A stretch of DNA of 64,000 nt from Meiothermus sp. (GTDB lineage: Bacteria; Deinococcota; Deinococci; Deinococcales; Thermaceae), in assembly GCA_033762915.1 (NCBI GenBank), contig JANRLD010000005.1, positions 8,568 to 72,567 of the forward strand, given 5' to 3'. Made by a program: the position numbers and the translations under genes. The notes under the pieces are model-generated. The model did no database searches. It was not told the DNA's origin and worked only from the letters and a program-made list of their open reading frames with translations. Numbering within the stretch: position 1 is the stretch's first letter; each line of letters starts with the position of its first letter. Shown in pieces: positions 19,848 to 31,415 of this stretch.

Positions 19848-20465
19848 ATGAAGAGAACCATGTTTTTGGGCGGGCTCGCGGCGCTGCTGCTGGCGGGCTG
19901 CGGGGCCGGGCTGATCCAGATTCCCATCAACAACCCGATGGGCCTCGAGGGTCAGAAGACCACCCTCAGCCTGCGGGCCAGCAGCCAGGCCGTGGCCACC
20001 ATACCCGATACCAGCGCCACCTTCGACGACCAGGACATCAATATCCCCGTCAACCCCAGCGGCCTCGACTACACCCTCTCGGTAAGGGACATCGAGTTCG
20101 GGGCGGGCTGTCCCAACCCCCTGCCCAGCCAGATCGGCGTGACCATCCCCTACTTCAAGGCCACCGTCACCGACAGCACTGGCTCGGCCTCGGGCCAGGT
20201 CACCGACGTAAAGTTCAGCCTGACCAGGAGCGGCAGCCAGATCACCGTGAGCAACGTGACCGGAACCCTGAGCTTCGGCGACATCGGCAAGTTGATGGGC
20301 ATCATTCGCAAGAACGGCGCCAACACCCCCAATACCGCCACCATCACCTTTACCGACCCCGCCAACCCCTCCAACCCCAACCTCGTCACCACCAGTACCC
20401 CCGACCTTGGCAACTGCTCCATGACCATCACCTGGGGCGGCGGCCGGGGCGTGGTCAAGTTCTGA
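19848..20465 (+). CDS. Uncharacterised lipoprotein (paralog 2)
   Basis: AAGGAG RBS before the ATG at 19848; lipobox LAGC; shares NP.GL.G, TFDD, FGAGCP, GANTPN, TP.L..C and I.W.GG with paralog 1. Confidence 0.8.
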   Translation: MKRTMFLGGLAALLLAGCGAGLIQIPINNPMGLEGQKTTLSLRASSQAVATIPDTSATFDDQDINIPVNPSGLDYTLSVRDIEFGAGCPNPLPSQIGVTIPYFKATVTDSTGSASGQVTDVKFSLTRSGSQITVSNVTGTLSFGDIGKLMGIIRKNGANTPNTATITFTDPANPSNPNLVTTSTPDLGNCSMTITWGGGRGVVKF

Positions 20466-20502
20466 TTAGTCCTTCTGGGTTTCAGCCCCGAGAACCCCAC
20501 CG

Positions 20503-20538
20503 GTGTGCCTCCTTTCGAGGGGGCACGCCTGCTTTTTT
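20503..20538 (+). terminator. Putative intrinsic terminator
   Basis: GTGTGCCTCCT-TTCG-AGGGGGCACGC, then a T-run. Confidence 0.65.
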
Positions 20539-20630
20539 CGCCGCCCCAGGTCAGCCTCGAGGCTGATTTGCATAAACTGGCAAATCCGATAAGATGGGCC
20601 TCGAATTCTAAGTTTTCTGAGGAGGTGGGC

Positions 20631-22157
20631 GTGAACAGACTTTGGGTCGGGTTTCTCGCAGGTTTGGCTCTTGCTGGGGGTGCGTTGGCGCAGCGGCCAG
20701 ATACTATCGTGATCGCGCAAGGGGTGGACGTGACGGTGCTGGACCCCAACAACCAGCTCGAGACGCCCACCGCCAACGTGCTGGCCAACATGTTCGACAC
20801 CCTCTACCTGCGGATGCCCGACGGTAGCGCTCGTCCCTGGCTGGCCACCGAGGTAAAGGCCATCAACCCCACTACCTGGGAGATGACCATCCGCAGCGGG
20901 GTCAAGTTCCACAACGGCGAGGACCTGACTGCCGAGACGGTCAAGTGGAACTTCGACCGGGTGATTGACCCGGCCAGGCCGCTGCGCATCTCCAACTCCT
21001 GGGCCAACCTGGCCAGCGTCCAGGTGGTCAATCCCACCACCCTGCGCTTCACCACCCGCAACCCCTTCCCGGTCTTCGTGACCCGACTGACCGGGTTCTT
21101 CATCCTGCCCCAGAAGTACGTTACCGAGAACGGCAACAAGTACCTGCAGGAGCCGGTAGGCAGCGGCCCTTACCGCTTCGTACGCTGGGTGCGCGACCAG
21201 CAATTCGAGCTGGAGGCCAACCCCAACTACTGGGGCGGCGCCCCCAAGATCCGCCGGGTCATCTTCCGCCCCATCCCTGAGGCCAGCAGCCGTGTAGCCG
21301 AGCTGGTGTCGGGCGGGGTGGACATCATCACCAATCTGGTCCCCGAGGCGGTCAACTCGGTGCGCTCCTCCGGTGCCGCAGACGTGCGCAGTGTGCCCAG
21401 CATCCGTAACATCTTCATGATCCTCAACACCCAGAACAAGCCCGACGGCCCCCTGGCCAACCCCAAGGTGCGTCTGGCCCTTAACTACGCTGTAGACAAG
21501 CGCACCATCGTCAGGAACGTGCTGGGCGGCTTCGGCCAGCCCACCGGCTGCTCCCTCAACAGCTACATCTTCGGCTACGATGCCCGGAGTTGCATGGCCT
21601 ACGAGTACAACCCCGCCCGTGCCCGCCAGCTGTTGGCCGAGGCCGGCTACCCCAATGGCTTCACCATGACCCTGGGTTCGCCCAACGGGCGCTACCTCAA
21701 CGACCGGCAAGTGTCCGAGGCCGTGGTGGGGCAACTGGCCCAGATCGGCGTACGGGCCGAGTTGCGGGTGCAGGAGTGGAGCAGTTATGTGGGGCAGGTC
21801 CTGGAGCGCAAGATCCCCACCGACGCGGTGCTGTTGGGCTGGGGCAACAACGAGTTTGACGCCGACAACTCGCTGTACAGCCTGTTCTATGGCGGCACGG
21901 TGCGCGGTGGCCCCCGCCAGGTGGCCTTCAGCTACATCCGTTCGATTCCGCTGGACAACGCCCTCTTGCAGGCCCAGCGCGTCACCGACCCCGAGCGCCG
22001 CAAGAAGCTCTACCTCGACGCCTTGCGGGTACTGCGGGCCGAGTCGCCCTGGATCTTCTTGCACCAGCAGGAAGACCTCTACGGGGTCTCCAAGCGCGTT
22101 GACTGGAAGCCCCGCCCCGACGAGCGCCTGTTCGTGGCGGACATGGCGATCCGGTAA
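20631..22157 (+). CDS. Peptide/nickel ABC transporter substrate-binding protein (family 5)
   Basis: GGAGG RBS and GTG at 20631; GVKFHNG, PVGSGPY, NPNYWG and VRLALNYAVD motifs. Confidence 0.92.
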   Translation: MNRLWVGFLAGLALAGGALAQRPDTIVIAQGVDVTVLDPNNQLETPTANVLANMFDTLYLRMPDGSARPWLATEVKAINPTTWEMTIRSGVKFHNGEDLTAETVKWNFDRVIDPARPLRISNSWANLASVQVVNPTTLRFTTRNPFPVFVTRLTGFFILPQKYVTENGNKYLQEPVGSGPYRFVRWVRDQQFELEANPNYWGGAPKIRRVIFRPIPEASSRVAELVSGGVDIITNLVPEAVNSVRSSGAADVRSVPSIRNIFMILNTQNKPDGPLANPKVRLALNYAVDKRTIVRNVLGGFGQPTGCSLNSYIFGYDARSCMAYEYNPARARQLLAEAGYPNGFTMTLGSPNGRYLNDRQVSEAVVGQLAQIGVRAELRVQEWSSYVGQVLERKIPTDAVLLGWGNNEFDADNSLYSLFYGGTVRGGPRQVAFSYIRSIPLDNALLQAQRVTDPERRKKLYLDALRVLRAESPWIFLHQQEDLYGVSKRVDWKPRPDERLFVADMAIR

Positions 22158-22384
22158 ACCCTCGAGGGCTGATGGCCTGTCCCCTTGCGGGCGTCATCAC
22201 CGCCCCAGCAACCACCGCCCCTCTCCCAGAGGGAGAGGGGCTTCGCACGCTACAGTTCTTTCTGCCACCGTGGGGAAGAGCGGACTCTGACCCCTGAAGC
22301 CGCCGACGCCTCCTGAAGTTAGCAGGCCCTTGTGCGGGGGCTCAGCCCCAAACTTCACCCCCACCCTCAAGCCCCCCCTAACCC

Positions 22385-23326
22385 ATGCTCGCCTACCTCG
22401 TTCGCCGTCTATTGCTCGTCCTGGTGGTGGTATGGGGCACCGCCACCCTGGCTTTTTTCCTGTTGTTCCTTTCCGGCGACCCAGTAAACCTGCTGCTGCC
22501 GCTAGACGCCACCCCCGAAGTGCGCGAACAGTTTCGCAAGGCCAACGGCTTCGACCGCCCGGTCTGGCAGCAGTACCTCAGCTATCTGGGCCGGGCGGTG
22601 CAGGGCGACCTGGGCATCTCGCTGCGCAACCAGACCCCCGCCCTGGGGCTGGTACTCGAGCGGATGCCGGCCAGCATGGTGCTGGCCGGGGCGGCGCTCT
22701 TGTTCGCAGTGGTGTTCGGGGTGCTGGCCGGGGTAATCGCGGCGGTGCGTAAGGGCACCACGCTGGAGTTCGTGGTGCTGTTCTTCGCCCTGCTCGGCCA
22801 GTCGCTGCCGGTCTTCTGGCTGGCCCTGATGCTGATCCTGGTCTTCGGCCTCGAGCTGCGCTGGCTGCCCATCTCGGGCTACGGAATGGGGGCTATCCCT
22901 GGCCTGCCTGCCCTCGCCAACCTGGTCTTGCCCGCCGTGGCGGTGGGTACCTTCTCGATGGCGGCCATCACCCGCCTGACTCGAGGGGGGGTGCTGCGCG
23001 AGTTGCGCAGCGACCACGTCCGAACCGCCAGGGCCAAGGGCCTTTCCGAGCGGGTGGTGATCTACAAGCACGCCCTGCGCAACGCCGCCATCCCAGTGGT
23101 GACGGTCATCGGGCTTCAGCTGGGTAACCTGCTCTCCGGCGCGGTCATCACCGAGACCATCTTCGCCTGGCCGGGGGTGGGGCGGCTGGTGTTGACCGCC
23201 GTGACCCAGCAGGACTTCCCGGTGGTGCAGGCCGCCGTGATCGTCTTCGCGGTGATGCTGGCGGTGATCAACCTGGCGGTGGATCTGCTTTACGGGGTGC
23301 TCGACCCCAGGGTGCGCTATGCCTAG
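22385..23326 (+). CDS. Peptide ABC permease (DppB/OppB-like)
   Basis: GDLGISL, RTARAKGLSE, HALRNA, ETIFAWPGVG and LDPRVR motifs. Confidence 0.92.
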   Translation: MLAYLVRRLLLVLVVVWGTATLAFFLLFLSGDPVNLLLPLDATPEVREQFRKANGFDRPVWQQYLSYLGRAVQGDLGISLRNQTPALGLVLERMPASMVLAGAALLFAVVFGVLAGVIAAVRKGTTLEFVVLFFALLGQSLPVFWLALMLILVFGLELRWLPISGYGMGAIPGLPALANLVLPAVAVGTFSMAAITRLTRGGVLRELRSDHVRTARAKGLSERVVIYKHALRNAAIPVVTVIGLQLGNLLSGAVITETIFAWPGVGRLVLTAVTQQDFPVVQAAVIVFAVMLAVINLAVDLLYGVLDPRVRYA

Positions 23327-24152
23327 CCTGCCCAGGGTGCTGCGCGCCCCCTCGGCGCTGATCGGGGTCGGCCTGATGGCGCTGTTTGTGCTGATGGCCC
23401 TGTTCGCCCCGGTCATCAGCCCCCACGACCCCACCCAGCAAGACCTCCAGGCCATTACCCAGCCGCCGGGTGTCGAGGGCCACCTCCTGGGCACCGACCG
23501 CCTCGGCCGCGACATGCTTTCGCGCATCTACCACGGGGCGCGCCTCTCGCTGATCGTGGCGGTAGCGGGGGTGCTGATCGGGGCCGCCATCGGGATACCG
23601 TTAGGGCTGATCTCGGGCTATCTGGGGGGGCGGGTGGACGACTTCCTGATGCGCCTGGGAGACATCCAGCTCTCGCTGCCGTTTATTCTGCTGGTGATTG
23701 CCATCATCGCGGCGCTCGGGCCCAGCCTGAGCAACACCATCCTGGTGTTGGGGGTGACCAGTTGGGTGCTTTACGCCCGCGTGGTGCGCGGAGAGGTGCT
23801 CTCGCTCAAGGAGCGGGAGTTCGTGCAGGCCGCCCACGCGTTGGGGGCCAGCGGCCGGCGGGTCATGCTCCATCACCTGCTCCCCAACGCCGCCGGGCCG
23901 CTGATCGTGGTGGCGACCCTCGAGCTCGCCCGCCTGATCGTCACCGAGGCCGCGCTCTCGTTCTTGGGCCTTTCGGGGGTTCCGCCGGAAATCCCCAGTT
24001 GGGGGCAGATGCTCTCCGACGGTCGCGAGGTGCTGTTCTTCGGCGGCTGGTGGGTGGCCACCTTCCCCGGAGTGGCCATCAGCCTGCTGGTGCTGGGCAT
24101 CAACCTCTTCGGCGACGCCTTGGCCGAGGTGCTCGACCCCCGCAGCCGTTAG
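23319..24152 (+). CDS. Peptide ABC permease (DppC/OppC-like)
   Basis: HLLGTDRLGRD, EFVQAA..LGA, EAALSFLG and PSWG motifs. Confidence 0.92.
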   Translation: MPSLPRVLRAPSALIGVGLMALFVLMALFAPVISPHDPTQQDLQAITQPPGVEGHLLGTDRLGRDMLSRIYHGARLSLIVAVAGVLIGAAIGIPLGLISGYLGGRVDDFLMRLGDIQLSLPFILLVIAIIAALGPSLSNTILVLGVTSWVLYARVVRGEVLSLKEREFVQAAHALGASGRRVMLHHLLPNAAGPLIVVATLELARLIVTEAALSFLGLSGVPPEIPSWGQMLSDGREVLFFGGWWVATFPGVAISLLVLGINLFGDALAEVLDPRSR

Positions 24153-24374
24153 GTGTCTGCGGAGCTAAAGTGGGAATGCCGTCCTGATACGCCTGTGGCG
24201 AGTTTGCACCCGTGCTTGCAACTGCGGTACAGGCCAGCCTCGCAAATCTGCCTGGCGCAACGTACAGCGAACTTCAATGCTTGCCAAAGACCTGGGGGAC
24301 TAAACCCGTTCCCTGCTGACATTCCGCTCCATCAAGGCGGGCATCGCCGAAGTCGCCGTGAGGGTCGGGTATCG

Positions 24375-25682
24375 CTACGGCGCGACCTTGCCGCCTTGCG
24401 CGACCGGCTCCGGCTCGAGCTGCCCTTCCCGTGGAGCCTGGAACTCGTGCCGGTGGTGCAGCACCCGCACCGCGAAGTCGTAGGTGAAGTAGCTGTAGGC
24501 CCAGTTGCCCATCACCATCGCCCGGTTGCGGAAGCCGATCAGGTAGTAGAGGTGGACGGCCAGCCAGGCGCTCCAGGCCAGGAAGCCGCGCATCCGCAGG
24601 TTGCCCAACTCTGCGATGGCGTGGCTGCGCCCGAGGGTGGCCATGCTGCCCTTGTCCTTGTAGGTGAAGGGCTGCTGCTCCCGGCCGTGCAGCGCCCGCA
24701 GGATGTTGTGGGCCGCGTGTGCCCCCTGCTGCATGGCGGTGGGGGCCACCTGGGGGTGGGGCCTGCCGCTTTTCCACTCGAGCCAGTTCATGTCGCCCGC
24801 CACGTAGACCGAGGGCTCGCTGGGCATGTAGAGCTGCGGGCTGGTCTCGATTCGGTTGCCACGCACGACCGGCAGGCCGGGGATGCTCTGCCCGGTCACA
24901 CCCGCTGTCCAGACGGCGGTAAAGCTGGGGATGAAGTCCCCGCTTCCCAGCCGGACCCCCTGTGCGGTGATCTCCACCACCCGCTGGCCGAACATCAGTT
25001 CGACCCCCAGGTTCTTTAGGAAGTCCTGGGCGTAGTAGGCCGAGGAGGGCGCGAAGGCGTCGAGGATGCGTTCACCGGTCTCGATCAGGATGACCCGCAT
25101 CTCCTCGAGCCGTATCCCCGGGTAGTCGCGGCTGATGACGTGCCGCCGAATCTCGCCCAGCGCCCCGGCCAGCTCCACGCCGGTGGCCCCGCCCCCCACC
25201 ACCACGAAGGTCAGCAGGGCCTTGCGGCGCTGGGGGTCTGCCGTGCGCTCGGCCTCCTCGCACGCCGAAAGCACCCGATCCCGGATCCGCATGGCGTCGT
25301 CGAGGTCCTTCATCCCGAAGCCGTGCTGGGCCACGCCGGGCAGGCCGAAGTCGTTGGTGCGGGTGCCGGTGCCCAGCAGGAGGTAGTCGTAGGGGAGGGG
25401 CTTCCCGTCCACGCTAAGCACCCGGGTGCGGCTATCTACCCACTCGGCGTTGCCCATCAGGAAGCGGGCGTTCTTATACTTGCGCAGGTAGGCCCGCACC
25501 GGAAAAGCGATCTGGGGGGCCTCGAGGCCCGCCGAGGCCACCTGGTACAGGAGCGGCTGGAAGAGGTGGTAGTTGTTGCGGTCTACCAGCGTCACCCGCA
25601 CCCCCGGCTCCCGCGACAGCACCCGTACCGCGTGCAGCCCTGCGAAGCCCGCGCCCAATACCACCACGTGTTTTTCGCTCAT
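24375..25682 (-). CDS. ndh: Type II NADH dehydrogenase-like FAD oxidoreductase
   Basis: Start MSEKHVVVLGAGFAG; FQPLLYQVA, VVGGGATGVE, AMQQG and DKGSMATLG motifs. Confidence 0.9.
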   Translation of the reverse strand: MSEKHVVVLGAGFAGLHAVRVLSREPGVRVTLVDRNNYHLFQPLLYQVASAGLEAPQIAFPVRAYLRKYKNARFLMGNAEWVDSRTRVLSVDGKPLPYDYLLLGTGTRTNDFGLPGVAQHGFGMKDLDDAMRIRDRVLSACEEAERTADPQRRKALLTFVVVGGGATGVELAGALGEIRRHVISRDYPGIRLEEMRVILIETGERILDAFAPSSAYYAQDFLKNLGVELMFGQRVVEITAQGVRLGSGDFIPSFTAVWTAGVTGQSIPGLPVVRGNRIETSPQLYMPSEPSVYVAGDMNWLEWKSGRPHPQVAPTAMQQGAHAAHNILRALHGREQQPFTYKDKGSMATLGRSHAIAELGNLRMRGFLAWSAWLAVHLYYLIGFRNRAMVMGNWAYSYFTYDFAVRVLHHRHEFQAPREGQLEPEPVAQGGKVAP

Positions 25683-25734
25683 ACTTCCCCCTTGGGGTGC
25701 CCTCGAGCCGGCTCGAGGACGTTTGTCCCTAAGA

Positions 25735-25752
25735 TTGTACATCTTTTCACAA
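25735..25752 (-). promoter_or_regulatory. Rex-like operator upstream of ndh, overlapping a TACAAT -10 box
   Basis: TTGTGAA-AAGA-TGTACAA on the minus strand versus Rex consensus TTGTGAA-N4-TTCACAA (12/14). Confidence 0.7.
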
Positions 25753-26206
25753 GCAAAAGGAAGACCCTCAGGCTCACCCTGGGCTTTCTCCGAGCCTCTC
25801 GTGCTACATGAATGAATCGCGATTGTCGCCCCGAATCGCCCGCAGGCTTTCTCGGCCGGCGTCTCACCCATACGACTCAAGCGATGATGCGCTGAATCAG
25901 ACGCTAAAGCGGGCCTACTGCCGCGCACATCCAAACTTCTGCGTGCGGAGTTTCGGGGGAATTCAGATACCGTCCTGTCTTGCGCCACAGGCTATGAGCC
26001 ACAGAGGCCGAAACCCCAGTTGCTTTTGTGTACCGAGCGAAGGGCCTATGGCGGTGTGCAATGGACTCCCGCGTCACCGCAACCCGAAAACACGGCGAAG
26101 ACGGACTTCAGCCCCAAAGTCTTTGCCGAGCATTGAAAACTGCTGTATGACCAGAGGGGCGAAAGGTTTGGGCGACCCCGTCGATTCGCGGTCAGCGAGG
26201 CTCGAG

Positions 26207-27412
26207 CTACAGCGAAACCTCCGCGCCGTACCCCTTCAGCACAGCCCGCGCCACCACCGTCTTGTGCACCTCGTCGGCCCCGTCGTAGATGCGGGCGGCC
26301 CGCTCGTGGCGATAGAAGTAGGCCAGAATGGTGTCGTCGGACATGCCCAGGCTGCCGTAGACCTGGATGGCCCGGTCAATTACCCGCTGGAGCACGCCCG
26401 CGACAAAAAACTTGATGGTGGAAATCTCTACCCGGGCGTGGTCGGCCCCCACGGTCTCGACCTTCTCGGCAGCGTCAAGCACCATCAGCCTCGAGGCGTG
26501 AATCTCGGCCTGGGAGTCGGCGATCATGTGCTGGATGGCCTGTCGGCTGGCCAGGGACTTGCCAGGGGAGAGCTCGCGCTCGGCGGCCCGTTGGCACATC
26601 AGTTCGAAGCAGCGCTGGGCGATCCCGACCCAGCGCATGCAGTGGTGGATGCGGCCCGGCCCCAGCCGCTCCTGGGCGATGGCGAAGCCACGCCCCCTCG
26701 AGCCCAGCAGGTTGGAGGCGGGGACCCGCACGTTCTCGAGCCGCACCTCGGAGTGGCTGGCCCAGTCCGTGCCGGCCTCACCCATCACCGCGATCTTACG
26801 GACGTGCTCGAAGCCCGGCGCGTCGGTGGGAACTATGATCTGGCTGGCTCGGGCGTGGGCGGCGGGGGCATCGGGATCGGTGACGCACATCACGATGGCG
26901 AAGCTGCTGCCCTCGAACCCGCTGGTGTACCACTTGTGCCCGTTGATCACCCACTCCTCGCCCTCCAGCACGGCGGTGGTGTCCATCCACACCGGGTTGG
27001 AGCCGGCGTGCCCGGGCTCGGTCATGGCGAAGCTGCTGCGGATCTCGCCGCGGGTCAGTGGCTCGAGCCACCGAGACTTCTGCTCGGGGCTGCCGTGGCG
27101 CAGCAGCACCTCCATGTTGCCGATGTCGGGGGCCTGGGTGTTGAAGCAGTAGTGGCCCAGCGGGCTGCGCCCCAGCGCCTCAGAGATGCGGGCGAACTCG
27201 GTGATCTTCAGCCCCAGCCCGTTGGGGTGATGCAGCGCGGGCAGCCACCAGCCGTTGGCTTTCACCTTGCCCCGAACCGCCTCGAGCCTGGGCTTTACGG
27301 CGGCAAAGCCGTGGGCAAGAAAGTCCGGCTCGAGGGGCTCGATCTCCGAAGCCACAAAAGCCCGTACGGCCTCGAGCATCTCCGTCACCGGGGGCGTCTG
27401 GATGGTGTTCAC
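26207..27412 (-). CDS. Acyl-CoA dehydrogenase (ACAD10/11-like group)
   Basis: APDIGNMEVL, FAMTEP, INGHKW, RLGPGRIHHCMR and RIYDGADEVH motifs. Confidence 0.93.
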   Translation of the reverse strand: MNTIQTPPVTEMLEAVRAFVASEIEPLEPDFLAHGFAAVKPRLEAVRGKVKANGWWLPALHHPNGLGLKITEFARISEALGRSPLGHYCFNTQAPDIGNMEVLLRHGSPEQKSRWLEPLTRGEIRSSFAMTEPGHAGSNPVWMDTTAVLEGEEWVINGHKWYTSGFEGSSFAIVMCVTDPDAPAAHARASQIIVPTDAPGFEHVRKIAVMGEAGTDWASHSEVRLENVRVPASNLLGSRGRGFAIAQERLGPGRIHHCMRWVGIAQRCFELMCQRAAERELSPGKSLASRQAIQHMIADSQAEIHASRLMVLDAAEKVETVGADHARVEISTIKFFVAGVLQRVIDRAIQVYGSLGMSDDTILAYFYRHERAARIYDGADEVHKTVVARAVLKGYGAEVSL

Positions 27413-27605
27413 TTGGCCATTTTACCTTGGTTTTGGCGGAGCCTGGTCAGGGCGAGTTGGGCCTGGCATGCCGGGCCCCACAGGGGTTACCAGTTGCGTC
27501 ATAGTGAGATTGCAGGACTTCAGCACAGCCTCATCAGCGAGCGGCTTGTGGGCGCACGCCCGATCTATCGGCGGGTGCGGATGCTGCAATTCCACTATGG
27601 AGATA

Positions 27606-28907
27606 CTACCCTTCCCAGACCACCCGGCCCTCGACCATGGTAAGGGTCGGCCAGCCGCTTAGGCTCCAGCCGGCCCAGGGGCTGAACTTGGCCTTGGAGA
27701 GGAAGCTCGAGGGGTTCACGGCCTGCTCGGCTCCGGGGTTCCACAGCACCAGGCTGGCCTCTGCTCCTTCGGTCAGGTGAATGGGGGAGAAAGCAGCCAC
27801 CCGCCGCGCCCCGTCGGTGAAGCGCTCGAGCAGCGTGGGCAGCGGGAAGCCTTTTTTCTGCACCAGCTCGGTGAAGAGCAGCGGCCAGCAGACCTCGATG
27901 TTGGGAATTCCGAAGGGGGCCCGCAGCATGTCCAGCTCTTTCTCGTCCTGGGTGTGCGGGGCGTGGTCGGTGCCGATGCAGTCGATGGTCCCGTCCAACA
28001 AGCCTTGCAGCAGCGCGTCAATGTCGGACTGGGTACGCAGCGGCGGCGCGACCTTGAATATGGGGTTCAGCCCCTCGAGGTTTTGGTCGGTCAGAGTGAG
28101 GTGGTGCGGCCCCACCTCGGTGGTCACCGGCATTCCCTCGGCCTTGGCCTGGCGGATGAGCTGCAAGCCTCGAGCGGTGCTGAGGTGCTGAACATGCAAG
28201 AGCGCCGAGCGTCGAGCTTCTAGAGCAGAGAGCCGAGAGGCAACGTACCGGACGATCTCGAGGTCTCGCGCGATCCGCGCCGCCTCGGCGTACCCGGTGT
28301 TACCCGGAAGCCCCAGCCGCGCCGACACCTCACCGTCGTTCATCACTCCGCCGCGCCGCAGCCCGGCGTCTTCGGCATGGACCATCACCAGCATCCCCCA
28401 GGAGGCCGCGTACTCGAGGCCCAGCGCCAGCACGCCCGCGTCCTCGTTGGTGTGGCCGTCGTCAGTGAGCAGGATCGCGCCCGCGTCCCGCAGCGCCTTG
28501 GCCTCGGTCAGCAGTTTTCCGTCAAGGTTCTGCGTCAGGGCCGCCGAGGGGTGCAGCCGGGCCTTGCCTATGGTCCTGGCCTTATTCACCAGCGAGGCCA
28601 CGATCTCGGGATGGTCCACCCTGGGGGTGGTGTTGGGCATCGAGACCACGTCGGTGTAGCCGCCTTTGGCCGCCGCCGCCAGCCCGGTGAAGAGGTCTTC
28701 CTTAACCTCTTGCCCCGGCTCTCGCAGGTGGGCATGCGGGTCGAAGAAGCCGGGCGAGAGGGTCAGCCCCGAGGCATCAATCGTGCGCCCGGCCTCGCCG
28801 CCGGAAAGGGAAAGAATCCTCCCGTCGCCCACCAGCACGTCGGCGGTTCCGTGGTCGCCCCGGCCGTCCACCAGGCGGGCGCTCTTAATCAGGATTTTGT
28901 CGGACAT
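27606..28907 (-). CDS. pyrC: Dihydroorotase
   Basis: [18 protein letters not shown] and TDHAPH motifs; follows pyrB. Confidence 0.95.
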   Translation of the reverse strand: MSDKILIKSARLVDGRGDHGTADVLVGDGRILSLSGGEAGRTIDASGLTLSPGFFDPHAHLREPGQEVKEDLFTGLAAAAKGGYTDVVSMPNTTPRVDHPEIVASLVNKARTIGKARLHPSAALTQNLDGKLLTEAKALRDAGAILLTDDGHTNEDAGVLALGLEYAASWGMLVMVHAEDAGLRRGGVMNDGEVSARLGLPGNTGYAEAARIARDLEIVRYVASRLSALEARRSALLHVQHLSTARGLQLIRQAKAEGMPVTTEVGPHHLTLTDQNLEGLNPIFKVAPPLRTQSDIDALLQGLLDGTIDCIGTDHAPHTQDEKELDMLRAPFGIPNIEVCWPLLFTELVQKKGFPLPTLLERFTDGARRVAAFSPIHLTEGAEASLVLWNPGAEQAVNPSSFLSKAKFSPWAGWSLSGWPTLTMVEGRVVWEG

Positions 28908-29010
28908 GAAGCTCCTTTAGTGCGAAGGGCGAGGAAAGCAGAGAGACAGAAGAGAAAGGTAAAGTCAGGGGCGTTTGGTGTTCAATTCCTCTGTTCTCCT
29001 TCCTCGCCTC

Positions 29011-30505
<1,495 letters not shown>

Positions 30506-30591
30506 CTACGCTCGCAGGCCTGCCTCTGCTCCAGGAGGCAAGTTTGCCTGTGTGCTGCCCGCTCCACCCGCTGGGGGAGGGGCACAGGCAC

Positions 30592-30692
30592 AAAAAAAAG
30601 CACCCGTCACGGGTGCATGGCTCTAAGTTTGTGGCTTCCAAACGGTTCATTATTGCTCCTTTCCGACCTCGCGGGATCGGGATTAAAGGTCT
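30592..30692 (-). promoter_or_regulatory. PyrR-binding attenuator leader: binding loop at 30658-30692 and terminator at 30592-30616
   Basis: Minus strand CCTTTAA..GATCCCGCGAGGTC..AAAGG fits the PyrR loop. Downstream is GCACCCG-TGA-CGGGTGC-T8. Confidence 0.85.
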
Positions 30693-30843
30693 GAGCCTAG
30701 GTTAGGCTCAGCGCGTATGGTACGCCCCCCGGCGGGGGCGGGTCAATGGCCCCCGACCGGATGGCCCGCTTGCTTTTCTCCGGCCAACCCTCTCGAGGGG
30801 CCGGGCCTGAGGGCCGGGGCGGAGGTTGTAGCATAGAGCCGAC

Positions 30844-31395
30844 ATGGACGTGATTCAGATGTATAAAGACACCGGTGCGCTGCTCGAGGGCCACTACCTG
30901 CTGCGCTCGGGGAGGCACAGCCCCAAATTCCTCCAGTCCACCACACTCCTCCAGCACCCCATCTACGCCGAGGCGGTGGGGCAGGCGCTGGGCGAGTTGT
31001 TCGAGGACATTCCTGTAGATTTCGTGATTGGCCCGGCGATGGGAGGGGTGACGCTGGCCTTCGTGGTGGCCAAGGCCCTGGGGGTGCGGGCCTTGTTTGC
31101 CGAGAAGGACGGGCAAGGCGGGATGTTCGTGCGCGAGGGCCTGACCCTTAGCCCCGGTGACCGCTTCCTGGCTGTGGAGGACGTGCTGACCACCGGTGGC
31201 TCGGTGCAGCGGGCCGTGGCGGCGGCCCAGGCCAAGGGCGGGGTGTGCGTGGCGGTGGGGTGCATTGTGGACCGTAGCGCGGGCCGCGCCGAGTTCGGGG
31301 TACCTTTCCGCTCCCTGACCCAGCTCGACTTTCCCACCTACTCCCCCGACTCCTGCCCGCTGTGTCAGAGGGGCGAGCCACTGTTGGAAGTCTAG
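30844..31395 (+). CDS. pyrE: Orotate phosphoribosyltransferase
   Basis: LRSGRHS, GPAMGG and VEDVLTTGGS motifs. Confidence 0.95.
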   Translation: MDVIQMYKDTGALLEGHYLLRSGRHSPKFLQSTTLLQHPIYAEAVGQALGELFEDIPVDFVIGPAMGGVTLAFVVAKALGVRALFAEKDGQGGMFVREGLTLSPGDRFLAVEDVLTTGGSVQRAVAAAQAKGGVCVAVGCIVDRSAGRAEFGVPFRSLTQLDFPTYSPDSCPLCQRGEPLLEV

Positions 31396-31415
31396 TTTGT
31401 GGGTATTCTTTGAGC

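Noticed and set aside
20631..24152. Missing ATPase genes in both ABC operons as an anomaly
   Set aside because: Sharing of distantly encoded ATPases is common for sugar and peptide importers.
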